From Candidatus Hydrogenedentota bacterium (GTDB lineage Bacteria; Hydrogenedentota; Hydrogenedentia; Hydrogenedentales; SLHB01): a DNA stretch of 64,000 nucleotides. Positions within the stretch are counted from its first letter, which is position 1; the number at the start of each line of letters is the position of its first letter. This document shows positions 29,501-38,951 of this stretch, one piece after another. A program made the translations under genes and the position numbers. A model generated the notes under the pieces. That model ran no database searches, was not told the origin of the DNA, and saw nothing but the letters and a program-made list of their open reading frames with translations. The stretch is from positions 32,001 through 96,000 of the forward strand of contig CAXXYE010000008.1 in assembly GCA_963674865.2 (NCBI GenBank), written 5' to 3'.

Positions 29501-29666
29501 AAAAGCCCACAATGCATGGACGTATGGAACAAGCTGTCTGAAGCCCTGTCCCGAGTGGAAGGCGATGTGCGTCCGACTCAGTGCCGCGCGCCATCCCCAA
29601 GGGCTTGCGTACGATGACGCGATGCTCGTAGCGATCCGCGAGCCCGACCCGGCCCTGTGGGAGTAG
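26531..29666 (+). CDS. O-antigen ligase-family (Wzy_C) membrane protein with TPR repeats; apparent +1 frameshift at G5 tract 29384-29388
   Basis: About 12 TM segments, TKTRASW, GLGWG and VHSAYLQLLVKTG, then TPR-like helices. Removing one G joins ...HDG to VDYLLAGRF...PALWE (stop at 29666); otherwise the ORF ends at 29461. Confidence 0.8.
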
Positions 29667-29904
29667 TGTCGACACGATCCGCCCGGATATCTTCTTGCTT
29701 TGTCGTTCCAGTTTCCAGGTAAGTCCTTTCACCAAGAACTTGGCGCATGGGCCTGTTCGCTCTTTGGAGTTGCGACGCAAGATCGAGTATGTTGTTATAT
29801 CCGCCGACACGAGACACGTGTTTTAGTCTGAAGTGGTCGCTTCGCGGCGAGGACGACCGGCCGGGCGCCCAGTGTTGCCCGCAAGAGCGCGAGGTGCGAG
29901 AACC

Positions 29905-32148
29905 ATGTATTACGAATACTGCGGCCATCTTAAGTCCCTTCTACCGCCGCCCGACGCCTTGCCCGCCCTCGGCCGAGGAGGGCACTCAATCTCCGCGGCG
30001 CAAATGGCGAAGTGGATTACTGCCGACTTACCCTTCGCCAAGGGATGGGAGCGAATCCCCGTGCAGCGCAAGATGGCGGGGCGTGTGGTGCGGCTTCAAG
30101 GACGCTTCGAAGATATCCGCCGCATTGATGACCTGGACCCGACGATCCCATGCTACTGGGCTCCCCTCGGCACATTGGGCCTCGCGGACAGTGGCCTGCC
30201 ATTCAAAGTGGGGCCTTGTCCCGTGGTCGAATGCACTTACCGGTGCTTAACCGACGGCGCCCGGCCCGCGCTGGTCTGGACGTACCCCGGCGGCCTTCAC
30301 GTCGAGCACCTTGCTCCATCGGAAAAATGGCGAACGGTGGCCTGCCGCGTCGACCATCGGGGTTTTCCAAAGCAGCTTGACGCACTTATCTTGCGCCTGT
30401 ATTCGGTTTCCCGCGCTACGGAAGCGATGGAGATAAAATCGCTACGCCTGCGAGCATTAACTGCTGAGGAAAAGAAAGCGTGCGCCCGCAACAGAGCCGA
30501 GTTGAGCCGTCTCGATGCGCCCAGAGACTACCCTATCCTGGATCAGTTCATGCCTCTTGGCGTTCACATGGACGCGGCCTGGGCGATACAACTGGCTGAC
30601 CTGCTCGGCATATCGCTGAAGGATTACTGGGCTCTCGCCCTCGAGGACATTGTCACACACCATCACAACTGCATTTCCCTGGACAATATGCAGAGCCTGT
30701 CACGCCAGGAGCAGTGCGACCTTTTAGACCTCGCCGATGCCTGCGATATGAAGGTCGTTCCGGCGAACATCTGTAGTCGGCCGGACGGCGTGTCCTGCGA
30801 GGAGGCTCTCGAAGACCTCATCGCTCCACATAAGGACGCTCCCGCCGTGTTGGCGTGGATGTTGTCAGATGCCCCTCCCGAGGAGAAGCTGGCGGAATGT
30901 CTTCACGCCAAACAGTTGGTTGAGGGGCTGGACCCGAATCACCCTCCGGCGATACTCTCGAGGGGGCCGGGGCCCTATCCTCTGTTCGCCTCTCACTTTC
31001 CTGTGTCGGGGATCGGCCACTGCGTTACGCACGCGCCGTGGCAGATTGGGGACGTCGTGCGTACGCACGCCCCGCTCAACAAGGGCAGCCATTTCTGGAT
31101 GCTCGCGCCGACATTTATCGGCGCCGCGGATGCGCCGGAATGGAGCACCTGCTCGGAACTACGCCTGATGGTCAACCTGGGCATCGCGTGTGGCGCAAAG
31201 GGTTGGTTTTCTTATACTTATCACAACAACCCCATTTGGGTCGAGGGAACCTGTCAGCGATCGCTCACCGGCCCCTTCCTGACATTCAGCGACCTCTGGT
31301 CGGAACTTGGCCTTTGCATGCGGCGCGTAAGCGCACTCGCCCCTCTACTCCTTGGGGTCACGCCGCAGCCGCGCAACGAGGAATGGTTTGTTACGCGCAG
31401 CGTCGCCCGCGAGAATGCCCGGCGCCCCCCAGACAGGCCCCCCACCGGGACCCATCGGCTTTGCGGAGCAGATTATGAGATTTACTACCTCGTAAGCAAC
31501 GATGTCCGTGAGATGGCCACCCTGAACATCACCCTGCCCCCGAAGGCGTTGCGGGGCATGGAAGTCTATGACTTAAACGATTTTATCCAGACGAGGGAGT
31601 GGGCCCCCATGAATCTCGAGCGCCATCTCGAGATGTTCCCGGGGCAGTCCAGGGCGTTACTTGTTGCCAAGCCGGAGGTGTGCGCCCGCTGGCGGGACGT
31701 CATCGCGGCCCGGCTGATCGCGGATGACGAACGAGACCTTGCCTTCAATCTTGCCTTGGCGCGGCAATACGGACTGAATGTAAAGCCGGTCGAGAAGCTG
31801 ATCGTCCACACCGACGAGGGTTTGGCTGGGCTACGCACCATCAGCCGTGCACATGACATGCTGCTCAACCTGGTGTACGAATCCCCCGCCATCGCGGAAG
31901 TCCGTAGCAAGATCATCGAAGCAAGTGCTGCCGTATGCGCCTGCGATGGCGCCTTATGCCGCCTTATGGGGCGCGACCGACACGACCAGGTGGAGGAGTT
32001 CGGCGCTCAGGTGCTGCCGCTGGCACGTGAATTCACCGACCTGCGCCTGCAACTCCGGCGGGGGCACGCAACCGCTCTTGCGCGCCAGTGCGATGAGGTC
32101 GCCAGACGCGCCGTGAGCCTGCTTGCCGAGGTCCGTGCTGCTTGGTGA
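29905..32148 (+). CDS. Large hypothetical protein with a GH-like TIM-barrel-type central region
   Basis: 747 aa from ATG 29905 (SD GAGG). FMPLGV, VLAWMLSDAP, LDPNHP and GAKGWFSYTY resemble GH-A-like barrels. Confidence 0.65.
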   Translation: MYYEYCGHLKSLLPPPDALPALGRGGHSISAAQMAKWITADLPFAKGWERIPVQRKMAGRVVRLQGRFEDIRRIDDLDPTIPCYWAPLGTLGLADSGLPFKVGPCPVVECTYRCLTDGARPALVWTYPGGLHVEHLAPSEKWRTVACRVDHRGFPKQLDALILRLYSVSRATEAMEIKSLRLRALTAEEKKACARNRAELSRLDAPRDYPILDQFMPLGVHMDAAWAIQLADLLGISLKDYWALALEDIVTHHHNCISLDNMQSLSRQEQCDLLDLADACDMKVVPANICSRPDGVSCEEALEDLIAPHKDAPAVLAWMLSDAPPEEKLAECLHAKQLVEGLDPNHPPAILSRGPGPYPLFASHFPVSGIGHCVTHAPWQIGDVVRTHAPLNKGSHFWMLAPTFIGAADAPEWSTCSELRLMVNLGIACGAKGWFSYTYHNNPIWVEGTCQRSLTGPFLTFSDLWSELGLCMRRVSALAPLLLGVTPQPRNEEWFVTRSVARENARRPPDRPPTGTHRLCGADYEIYYLVSNDVREMATLNITLPPKALRGMEVYDLNDFIQTREWAPMNLERHLEMFPGQSRALLVAKPEVCARWRDVIAARLIADDERDLAFNLALARQYGLNVKPVEKLIVHTDEGLAGLRTISRAHDMLLNLVYESPAIAEVRSKIIEASAAVCACDGALCRLMGRDRHDQVEEFGAQVLPLAREFTDLRLQLRRGHATALARQCDEVARRAVSLLAEVRAAW

Positions 32149-32316
32149 CCTGTCCTTGTCCGTTGAACCGCGCCGGACATTCGCGATGAGGCGGTGGTAT
32201 TGCCGATCCGCCACGCGATTCCAATGGCTCGCCTTGGCTGCTCTCCGGTCCGTGCCCGAATGGCTTGGCGACACGCGTTTCAACGCCCGGCGTGGCCTGA
32301 TGAAGGCGTTCGGCGG

Positions 32317-32346
32317 TTGACAACATCGGCGGCGCTTTGGTAGCGT
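32317..32346 (+). promoter_or_regulatory. Candidate sigma70 promoter of the aminotransferase-serA operon
   Basis: TTGACA-18 nt-TAGCGT with a TG extended element. Confidence 0.45.
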
Positions 32347-32436
32347 TACGCCTTCCCCGGACGTACTTACTTGGCGCATTATTAGGTGGCCGTACAGGCA
32401 AAATTGGGGACCTTGTCCTTTTTAGAGGTGGCTCAC

Positions 32437-33576
32437 ATGAAAAGAAAACAACGTCTTTTTACACCAGGTCCGACACCCGTTCCGCCGGAGGTGCTGCTGG
32501 CGATGGCGGCACCGATGACGCATCACCGTCAAGCGGCGTTCGAAGAGATCTTCGTGCGGGTATCAGAGAAGCTCAAGACCGTCTTTCAGACCACGAGTCC
32601 CGTGGTGATTTTCTCCGGTTCGGGAACAAGCGCTCTGGAAGCGGCCGTGGTCAACACACTCTCACCATGTGATAAAGCCATTTCGGTATGCGGAGGCAAA
32701 TTCGGCGAGCGCTGGGGGGCGATTGGCAAGGCCTTCAACATCGACATGCAAGTGATCGACATCGAGTGGGGCACCGCTGTTGACCCGGCAAAGATTGAGG
32801 AAGCTCTGAAAGCCGACGCCGGTATCAAGGCCGTGTTTACCACGCTCAATGAGACCAGTACTACGGTCTTGACCGACGTGAAGGCAATCGCCGAACTCAC
32901 CGCGAAAACCGATGCGATTCTCGTGGTTGACGCTGTCAGCGCTCTTGCCGCCGACGAGCTGCGGATGGACGAGTGGGGCGTCGACCTCGTGGTTGCTGGC
33001 TCGCAGAAGGCCCTTATGCTGCCGCCCGGCTTGGCCTTCGCTGCGATAGGTCCGAAGGCCCAGGCTGCCATGAAGTCTTCCACCTCCGCCAAGTTCTATC
33101 TTTCTTTCGACAAGGCCATAAAGAGTCTGGACAAGAAGACCACGCCCTTTACCCCCGCGGTCTCGACGATTATTGGCCTCGACGCCGCCCTGGATGGGCT
33201 TATCGAGGAGGGCATGGAGGCTGTTTGGGCGCGACACGCGAAGCTGGCAGAAGCCGCCCGTGCCGGCGTCAAGGGCATGGGTATGGAGCTGTTGGCCACG
33301 CGGCCGTCAAATGCCGCGACCGCGGTGAAGTTGCCTGAGGGAGTCGACGGCAACGCGCTCCACAAGAAGCTGCGAGATGAGTACAAGGTCACGTGTGCGG
33401 GTGGCCAGGAACACCTCAAAGGCAAGATAGAGCGTATCGCTCATATGGGCTATTTTGACCAGTTTGACATGTTGATCGTTATCAGCGCGCTGGAGCTGGC
33501 CCTGAAAGATATGGGCGCGGATATCAAGGTGGGAGCGGGGGTTGCTGCGGTGCAGCAATACTTCGCGGGAGAGTAG
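32437..33576 (+). CDS. Class V (alanine-glyoxylate/serine-pyruvate) aminotransferase, probably phosphoserine aminotransferase
   Basis: FTPGPT, NETST, VVDAVS and GSQKALMLPPG motifs; directly upstream of serA. Confidence 0.92.
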   Translation: MKRKQRLFTPGPTPVPPEVLLAMAAPMTHHRQAAFEEIFVRVSEKLKTVFQTTSPVVIFSGSGTSALEAAVVNTLSPCDKAISVCGGKFGERWGAIGKAFNIDMQVIDIEWGTAVDPAKIEEALKADAGIKAVFTTLNETSTTVLTDVKAIAELTAKTDAILVVDAVSALAADELRMDEWGVDLVVAGSQKALMLPPGLAFAAIGPKAQAAMKSSTSAKFYLSFDKAIKSLDKKTTPFTPAVSTIIGLDAALDGLIEEGMEAVWARHAKLAEAARAGVKGMGMELLATRPSNAATAVKLPEGVDGNALHKKLRDEYKVTCAGGQEHLKGKIERIAHMGYFDQFDMLIVISALELALKDMGADIKVGAGVAAVQQYFAGE

Positions 33577-33579
33577 ACG

Positions 33580-35160
33580 ATGCCGAAGATCCTTGTTCTC
33601 GATGGATTGAGCGAAGAAGGTATTGACATTTTCCGGAGCACGGAGGGTTTTGAAGTAGACGTCAAGCCCCCTCAGAAGCCCGACGAACTCGCCGCGATCA
33701 TTGGTGATTACGAGGGCCTTGTCGTTCGAAGCGCCACCAAGGTTCAGGCAGCGGCCATCGAAAAGGCCACGAAACTGCGGGTGATCGGGCGCGCGGGCGT
33801 CGGTACGGACAATATCGACAAGGATGCCGCCACGAAGAAGGGCATCGTTGTGATGAACACGCCCGGCGGCAACACGATCTCCGCGTGTGAACACACCTTT
33901 GCCCTGCTGCTTTCCCTATGCCGAAATGTCCCGAAGGCTCACGTGTCCATGCGCGAAGGGCGCTGGGACCGCAAGAAGTTCATGGGCGCCGAGCTCTGCG
34001 GCAAGACGCTCGGCATCGTCGGCGCTGGACGGATTGGCAGTGCCGTTGCCAAGCGCGCGCAGGCCTTTGAAATGAAGGTTATCGTCTTCGATCCCATTCT
34101 CACCAAGCTGAAAGCCGAGGCGCTGGGCGTCGAACTCGTTACGATGGATGAACTTGTCGAGCGAAGCGACTTCATCACGGTGCATGTGCCGAAGAGTGAT
34201 AAGACGAAGGATATGTTTGGCGCGGAGCGCTTCAAACGTATGAAGCCCACGTGTCGGATCGTCAATACCGCACGCGGAGGCATCATCAATGAGGCCGAGC
34301 TGGCCGAAGCGCTCAAAGAGGGCGTTATTGCCGGCGCCGCGCTGGACGTTTACACTTCGGAGCCTTTTGAGAACAATCCGTTCACCGACCTCGATAACAT
34401 CGTCATGACCCCCCACTTGGCGGCCTCGACGGATGAGGCCCAGCTCACCGTTGCGGTTGATGTGGCCAAGCAGATGGTCGAGTACCTCACCACGGGCGCC
34501 ATCGTGAATGCCGTGAACGTCCCCAGCCTTGATGCCGAGGCTCGGAAGGCCCTTCAGCCGCTGTTGTATCTGGCGGAGCGTTTGGGGCGCTTCCAATCGT
34601 ATTACTGCCAAGGAACCCCGTCATCCATCGAGATAGAGTACAGTGGCGATATCGGTATCACCGATACCTATCCGGTTACGGCGGCCATTCTCAAAGGTTA
34701 TCTGTCTCCGTTGGTCGAGACCGTGAACGAAGTGAGCGCTCCGTCGCTCCTCGAGGAGCACGGCATCCAATGCAGCGAGACCCGGCGCGCGGGCGTTTCG
34801 GATTATGCCTTCCAGATTGGCGTAACTGTGGTAACGGACACAGAGAGTCACAAGGTGGCCGGAACGCTGTTTGCTCGGGAGGATCCTCGAATCTGCAGCA
34901 TCGACGGGATCCGCGTGGATGCCAAGCCCGAAGGCTACATGGTGGTTTGCGATAACGAGGATAAGCCGATGATTATCGGCCGTGTAGGTACGATCATCGG
35001 GGATGCCGGCGTGAACATCGCAAATCTGACATTGGGTCGGACAACGCAGGACGGCCGCGCTCTGACGGTGCTCAACCTCGACCAACCCATTGACGACAGT
35101 GTGATGGCGCAGATCGCCGAGGTGCCTCATGTCACCGAGGCCCGGTTGATCGCGCTGTAA
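33580..35160 (+). CDS. serA: D-3-phosphoglycerate dehydrogenase (type I, ASB+ACT)
   Basis: [39 protein letters not shown] and a C-terminal ACT domain. Confidence 0.96.
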   Translation: MPKILVLDGLSEEGIDIFRSTEGFEVDVKPPQKPDELAAIIGDYEGLVVRSATKVQAAAIEKATKLRVIGRAGVGTDNIDKDAATKKGIVVMNTPGGNTISACEHTFALLLSLCRNVPKAHVSMREGRWDRKKFMGAELCGKTLGIVGAGRIGSAVAKRAQAFEMKVIVFDPILTKLKAEALGVELVTMDELVERSDFITVHVPKSDKTKDMFGAERFKRMKPTCRIVNTARGGIINEAELAEALKEGVIAGAALDVYTSEPFENNPFTDLDNIVMTPHLAASTDEAQLTVAVDVAKQMVEYLTTGAIVNAVNVPSLDAEARKALQPLLYLAERLGRFQSYYCQGTPSSIEIEYSGDIGITDTYPVTAAILKGYLSPLVETVNEVSAPSLLEEHGIQCSETRRAGVSDYAFQIGVTVVTDTESHKVAGTLFAREDPRICSIDGIRVDAKPEGYMVVCDNEDKPMIIGRVGTIIGDAGVNIANLTLGRTTQDGRALTVLNLDQPIDDSVMAQIAEVPHVTEARLIAL

Positions 35161-35192
35161 TTGACAGGGCCGTCAACCGCTACGCGGCCGCC

Positions 35193-35918
35193 TCAAGTTG
35201 CCGAGAAGACATAGGCCACACGCACCCGGGCTGTGCAGATTATGCTCCGCAGGGTTGGCAACGGGTCTTTCTTGGGCAGCGGCGCGCCATTCCAGGTGAC
35301 GTCGAGGATGCGGACTCGATCCACCGCCACGACCTCCGCCCGCATCGACTGGGCCACGGCCTCGGCGGCCGGATAGGCGTTCGCCACCGCTGCCGCCAGC
35401 GCCTTACGCTCAATGGGTTCCGTATCCTCAAGGGCGAGAAAGGGCCCCGTCACCGAGCACTCAAGCGTTTTGGCGAGCCCTCGCATCTCCTCGCACAAGC
35501 CCACGAATAGGGAAGGGCCGTTCTCTGCCCTGTGGAAACGCCCCATTCCGAAACGAAGACGGGCCTCCACGCTTGCTGCGTTTTGGCCAACATCGGGAAT
35601 GCTCACCCCCGGTACCGCCATTTGACTTGGCGCTAGTTCCCGCGCCTCAAGCTCCTTGTTGAGTCTCGTTTCGAAGGCGGCCGCGGTTTCCACGGCCTCT
35701 CGCAGTGTCCCGCCGGAAGGCCTCAGGCAAAACCTGAACTCCACACAATCCGGGACGCAATCGGCTTCTCCAATACCCTCCGACTCGATCAGGGGAGTGG
35801 GCGCTGCTTGCCCTGAAACGGCACGCTGGCCCTCGTACCGCACTTCCACGGGCGGTTGTTGCGCCACTGTATGAGAGGCCACCAGAAGAGCAATAGCCGC
35901 GAAGAGTGCCTGTCGCAT
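35193..35918 (-). CDS. SIMPL/DUF541-like secreted protein
   Basis: Signal peptide; EGIGEADCVPD, ALAAAVANA...AEAVA and terminal ARVRVAY match the SIMPL pattern. Confidence 0.7.
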   Translation of the reverse strand: MRQALFAAIALLVASHTVAQQPPVEVRYEGQRAVSGQAAPTPLIESEGIGEADCVPDCVEFRFCLRPSGGTLREAVETAAAFETRLNKELEARELAPSQMAVPGVSIPDVGQNAASVEARLRFGMGRFHRAENGPSLFVGLCEEMRGLAKTLECSVTGPFLALEDTEPIERKALAAAVANAYPAAEAVAQSMRAEVVAVDRVRILDVTWNGAPLPKKDPLPTLRSIICTARVRVAYVFSAT

Positions 35919-35957
35919 GATCTTCTCCCTTCCGGACTCGGCAACCGGATGTGCGGG

Positions 35958-36767
35958 CTACGAGAAGAACGGAAAGAGTGCCCGGATGTCCTCTTCCGCG
36001 GGCTGACGGCCGTACTCGGAGATTTCGAAGATCTCAGCGTGGGTAACGGCCTCGGTAGCTTCCGTCCCATACCACTTGCTCAACGCGGTTTGCCCCATAT
36101 TGGTCATCTCCAAGAAGAATGGGCCCCAGGCCTTCCTGAGCCACTCTCTGCGGAGCGCCTTGTCGTTAGGTACTTCGGCGAGACATCCATCGAGCCAGGG
36201 GAGCCACTCATAGAACTGCGACTCCATGGCGTCCAGCATATCCCACTTGATCGGCATCTCATCAGTTACGTCTACAGCGAGGTCCGGCCGGAACGGGAGG
36301 GGTCTCGTGAACGTGTCCGGCAAGTGCAATACGATGGGCATCCGTTCGATGCGTGGTATGTCGGGGCAGAAACCTGGGACTGTCAAGAGGAAAGCGGCAT
36401 CCTGTACCGTAACCGCCGTGTAGCGGTGGTCCGGGTGGTAGTCGCAAGAGCGATGGGTCAGCACCGCGTCGGCCCTGTATTCGCGTATGATCCGCGTTAC
36501 CTTCTTCCGCGCGGCGAGTGTAGGTTCCAGCTCGCCGTCGTGGTAATCCAGCACCAGTGCCTCAACACCTGCCAACTCAGCCGAATGCCGTGCCTCCGCG
36601 TCTCGGCGTTGCGCCAGCGCATCCCGCGCCATGACATGATGGCCGATGTCCCCGTTCGTCATGGAAACGAAGAGCACGCGATGGCCTTCGCGCACCCATT
36701 TCACCGCCGTGCCCCCCGCAAAGACCTCGCAATCGTCTGGATGTGCCCCTATACAGACGATATTCAC
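35958..36767 (-). CDS. PIG-L/LmbE family deacetylase
   Basis: GAHPDD, MTNGDIGH, RDAEA and DYHPDH motifs. Confidence 0.92.
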   Translation of the reverse strand: MNIVCIGAHPDDCEVFAGGTAVKWVREGHRVLFVSMTNGDIGHHVMARDALAQRRDAEARHSAELAGVEALVLDYHDGELEPTLAARKKVTRIIREYRADAVLTHRSCDYHPDHRYTAVTVQDAAFLLTVPGFCPDIPRIERMPIVLHLPDTFTRPLPFRPDLAVDVTDEMPIKWDMLDAMESQFYEWLPWLDGCLAEVPNDKALRREWLRKAWGPFFLEMTNMGQTALSKWYGTEATEAVTHAEIFEISEYGRQPAEEDIRALFPFFS

Positions 36768-37390
36768 GGCGCCTCTTGGCCGCCGACGAAGTTGATCCGC
36801 ACCGGATTGCTGCGGATAACGGTGCGCCGTTCGACACTCGCTGTTGCCGTGAGGGGATCCACCGACGCCTCATCGGTGCCTTGCGGCATCAGAACGGCTT
36901 CCGCCTCAACATGGACAAGCATGGACTCCGGAATTGTATCAAGACCGGCGAGAACGTCCACGACATCCTCGCGTTCCTCGAAGGTCGCGCGGACTCCGAA
37001 TTTCGTTGCGTATGAACCGATCTCCCGCTTGTCCACAAGCACCTTAGCCCGGACCACTACCGGTGTGACCGGGAAGTCCCGGAGAGCTCGCGTCGTGAAG
37101 ACAACGTTCAACTCCGTTGGATAGGGCGGGTTGACCGTGACCGTGGCCATATCAATGACAGGGCCGTGCTCGTAAACCTGGACCTGAACGTTGTCGGCCT
37201 CGGATTGCGGCGCGAGCGTGCCCAAGATTCTCACCTGGGCCTCGACATCGCCGATGTTAACCTCATGCTCTGCTCCCGATGTCGCCGGAGGTAGTCCTAT
37301 GGCACTGCCCTCGTCTGGCTCGCGAGACTCATGTGCGTTGCACGCGACTAGACCACTTATCAGGAGGAATACAACTAGCATCGGCTTCAT
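36764..37390 (-). CDS. Hypothetical lipoprotein
   Basis: Lipobox LVA-C, SD AAGGAAGG, and a 4-nt overlap with the deacetylase start. Confidence 0.7.
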   Translation of the reverse strand: MKPMLVVFLLISGLVACNAHESREPDEGSAIGLPPATSGAEHEVNIGDVEAQVRILGTLAPQSEADNVQVQVYEHGPVIDMATVTVNPPYPTELNVVFTTRALRDFPVTPVVVRAKVLVDKREIGSYATKFGVRATFEEREDVVDVLAGLDTIPESMLVHVEAEAVLMPQGTDEASVDPLTATASVERRTVIRSNPVRINFVGGQEAP

Positions 37391-37453
37391 GTCGGCTACC
37401 TTCCTTGCTGCTCTGGATCCTCGAGATCTTCTCAGGCCGCAACCACTCTCACC

Positions 37454-37490
37454 ATGATATCAACCCCACGCTCTGTCATCAAAGAGCGTG
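37454..37490 (-). promoter_or_regulatory. Candidate promoter overlapped by an 8-8-8 palindrome
   Basis: TTGATG-17-TATCAT on the minus strand; CACGCTCT-N8-AGAGCGTG at 37467-37490. Confidence 0.45.
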
Positions 37491-37631
37491 TCAAGACCCA
37501 CAATGCGCCAATACCTAGGCGGCTCCACCGCTATCGCGTACGTGGCAGAGGAGGACTGAGTCTAAACGAAAAGGAATCAAGGACATAGAGGAGGAGTTCA
37601 AGGTCCCGGTGAAATGCATCCGTTTACCGCG

Positions 37632-37955
37632 TCACTTGCCGAGCGTCGAGTATACGAGTTCGTACAGATGCCACTCGGGCTGGGCCACGGACAGCAGTCG
37701 CCGCATCTCGTTCACGACTTCCGGCCGACGGAACGCGGCCTCGAATAGTCCGCGGCCCTTCCACTGGCTCTGTACGGTCACGCGCCGCCCGTCGAGGCTC
37801 CTGTACACGGCCGCCGCTACGAAGCCGTCCTGCTTGTTCATGACACGTTGGCACAGTTGCTCGATGCCCTTGACGACTTCGGCCTGCTGCCGGGATTCGA
37901 GTCTGAAGACGTTGATGACGGTGACGGGACCTTTGCCGCTCGATTCGTGGTCCAT
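37632..37955 (-). CDS. Antibiotic biosynthesis monooxygenase (ABM)-family protein
   Basis: VTVINVF, QDGFVAAAVYRSLDG and SQW motifs; SD GAGGAGG. Confidence 0.82.
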   Translation of the reverse strand: MDHESSGKGPVTVINVFRLESRQQAEVVKGIEQLCQRVMNKQDGFVAAAVYRSLDGRRVTVQSQWKGRGLFEAAFRRPEVVNEMRRLLSVAQPEWHLYELVYSTLGK

Positions 37956-38024
37956 GATGATTCCTCCTCGATCTCCGATTCTACTCCTTCGGAGAAGGGA
38001 TGACCAACCGGGAAGGGAATCCCC

Positions 38025-38090
38025 GGTGGCTGGCTGGCCAATTGCGCCGCGCGTCAAGTCATTAGAAGAAAAGGCGTTCGCAAGATGAGC
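38025..38090 (-). repeat. Dispersed repeat, copy 1 (copy 2 at 62128-62193)
   Basis: The reverse complement of 38037-38063 is identical to 62155-62181 (27 nt); flanks are partly similar. Confidence 0.8.
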
Positions 38091-38361
38091 GGCTTCACCT
38101 ACTGGGTGAGCTGGTTTCAAGAGGAGAAGTCGATCAGAGGCGCCAAGTGCGCGGCACTGTCGAATTAGTCGGCGATTGCGGGGAATCCAATAACGCCGGG
38201 CGTTTGGCCCCCGCAAATGGTTTATGGTCACCCTTGACCGTGAGTTCTTGACAGGCCAGCTGGCGACCATGTCCAAGTCCTTGACAGAGCCCTCTCACTC
38301 GCCCCATGCTTGCGTACGTGTATTCGTGTGCCGCCCGCGGCAAGAGAGGGGGGAGCACGCA

Positions 38362-38883
38362 ATGAATCGTGTGATCTGGCCTGCATTGCGAGGCGCCGTG
38401 GGTTTTGGCCTGTCCACGTTGGGCCTTGTGGGGCTGCTGCGGGGCATGAACCTGCTCGACGCCTCGGCCGGGGGCCGGGTGTCCGGGATGATCTTCTTCG
38501 TCTTGGGGCCCTTCGCCTGCGGCGTCATAGGAGGAGCCTTGCTCGCCGCAGGCAGCGACACCCCGCGAACGGCAGCGGGTTTCGGCTGCGGCTTTGTCCC
38601 GTTGTGGTTCGTCATCGTCGTGGTGTTGACCAGCCTTCAGGGCGGGGGCGCCCCTGAGTACGGCTACGGGGCCATCGGCCACGGCATCGCCTTCGCTATC
38701 GCGGGTGGGCTCGGAGGACTCGCTACGAGACGCGGGCTCGGCCTGAGCGGTGCGCTAGTCTTCGGTCTTGCCGGCGCGCTCGGCGGGTATCTGTCGTTCA
38801 AGGGCAACATGCTTCTCGGCATGGGTGCGGCGGGAACACTGGGAGGGGCGGCACTGGGCATTCTTTACGGCCTGACGGACTAA
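38362..38883 (+). CDS. Gly-rich integral membrane hypothetical protein
   Basis: About 6 hydrophobic segments; ATG after a GGAG SD. Confidence 0.7.
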   Translation: MNRVIWPALRGAVGFGLSTLGLVGLLRGMNLLDASAGGRVSGMIFFVLGPFACGVIGGALLAAGSDTPRTAAGFGCGFVPLWFVIVVVLTSLQGGGAPEYGYGAIGHGIAFAIAGGLGGLATRRGLGLSGALVFGLAGALGGYLSFKGNMLLGMGAAGTLGGAALGILYGLTD

Positions 38884-38951
38884 GGCACACGGCCTTGTCC
38901 AGTCGTTTCCCGCATTCAAAGGGCTTCGAGCAGGCCCCGGCACGGCTTGCC

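Noticed and set aside
29361..29666. Separate 101-aa gene
   Set aside because: Better explained as the frameshifted C-terminus of the ligase-TPR gene.
32150..32436. Glycine riboswitch or T-box before the serine genes
   Set aside because: No recognisable consensus or terminator.
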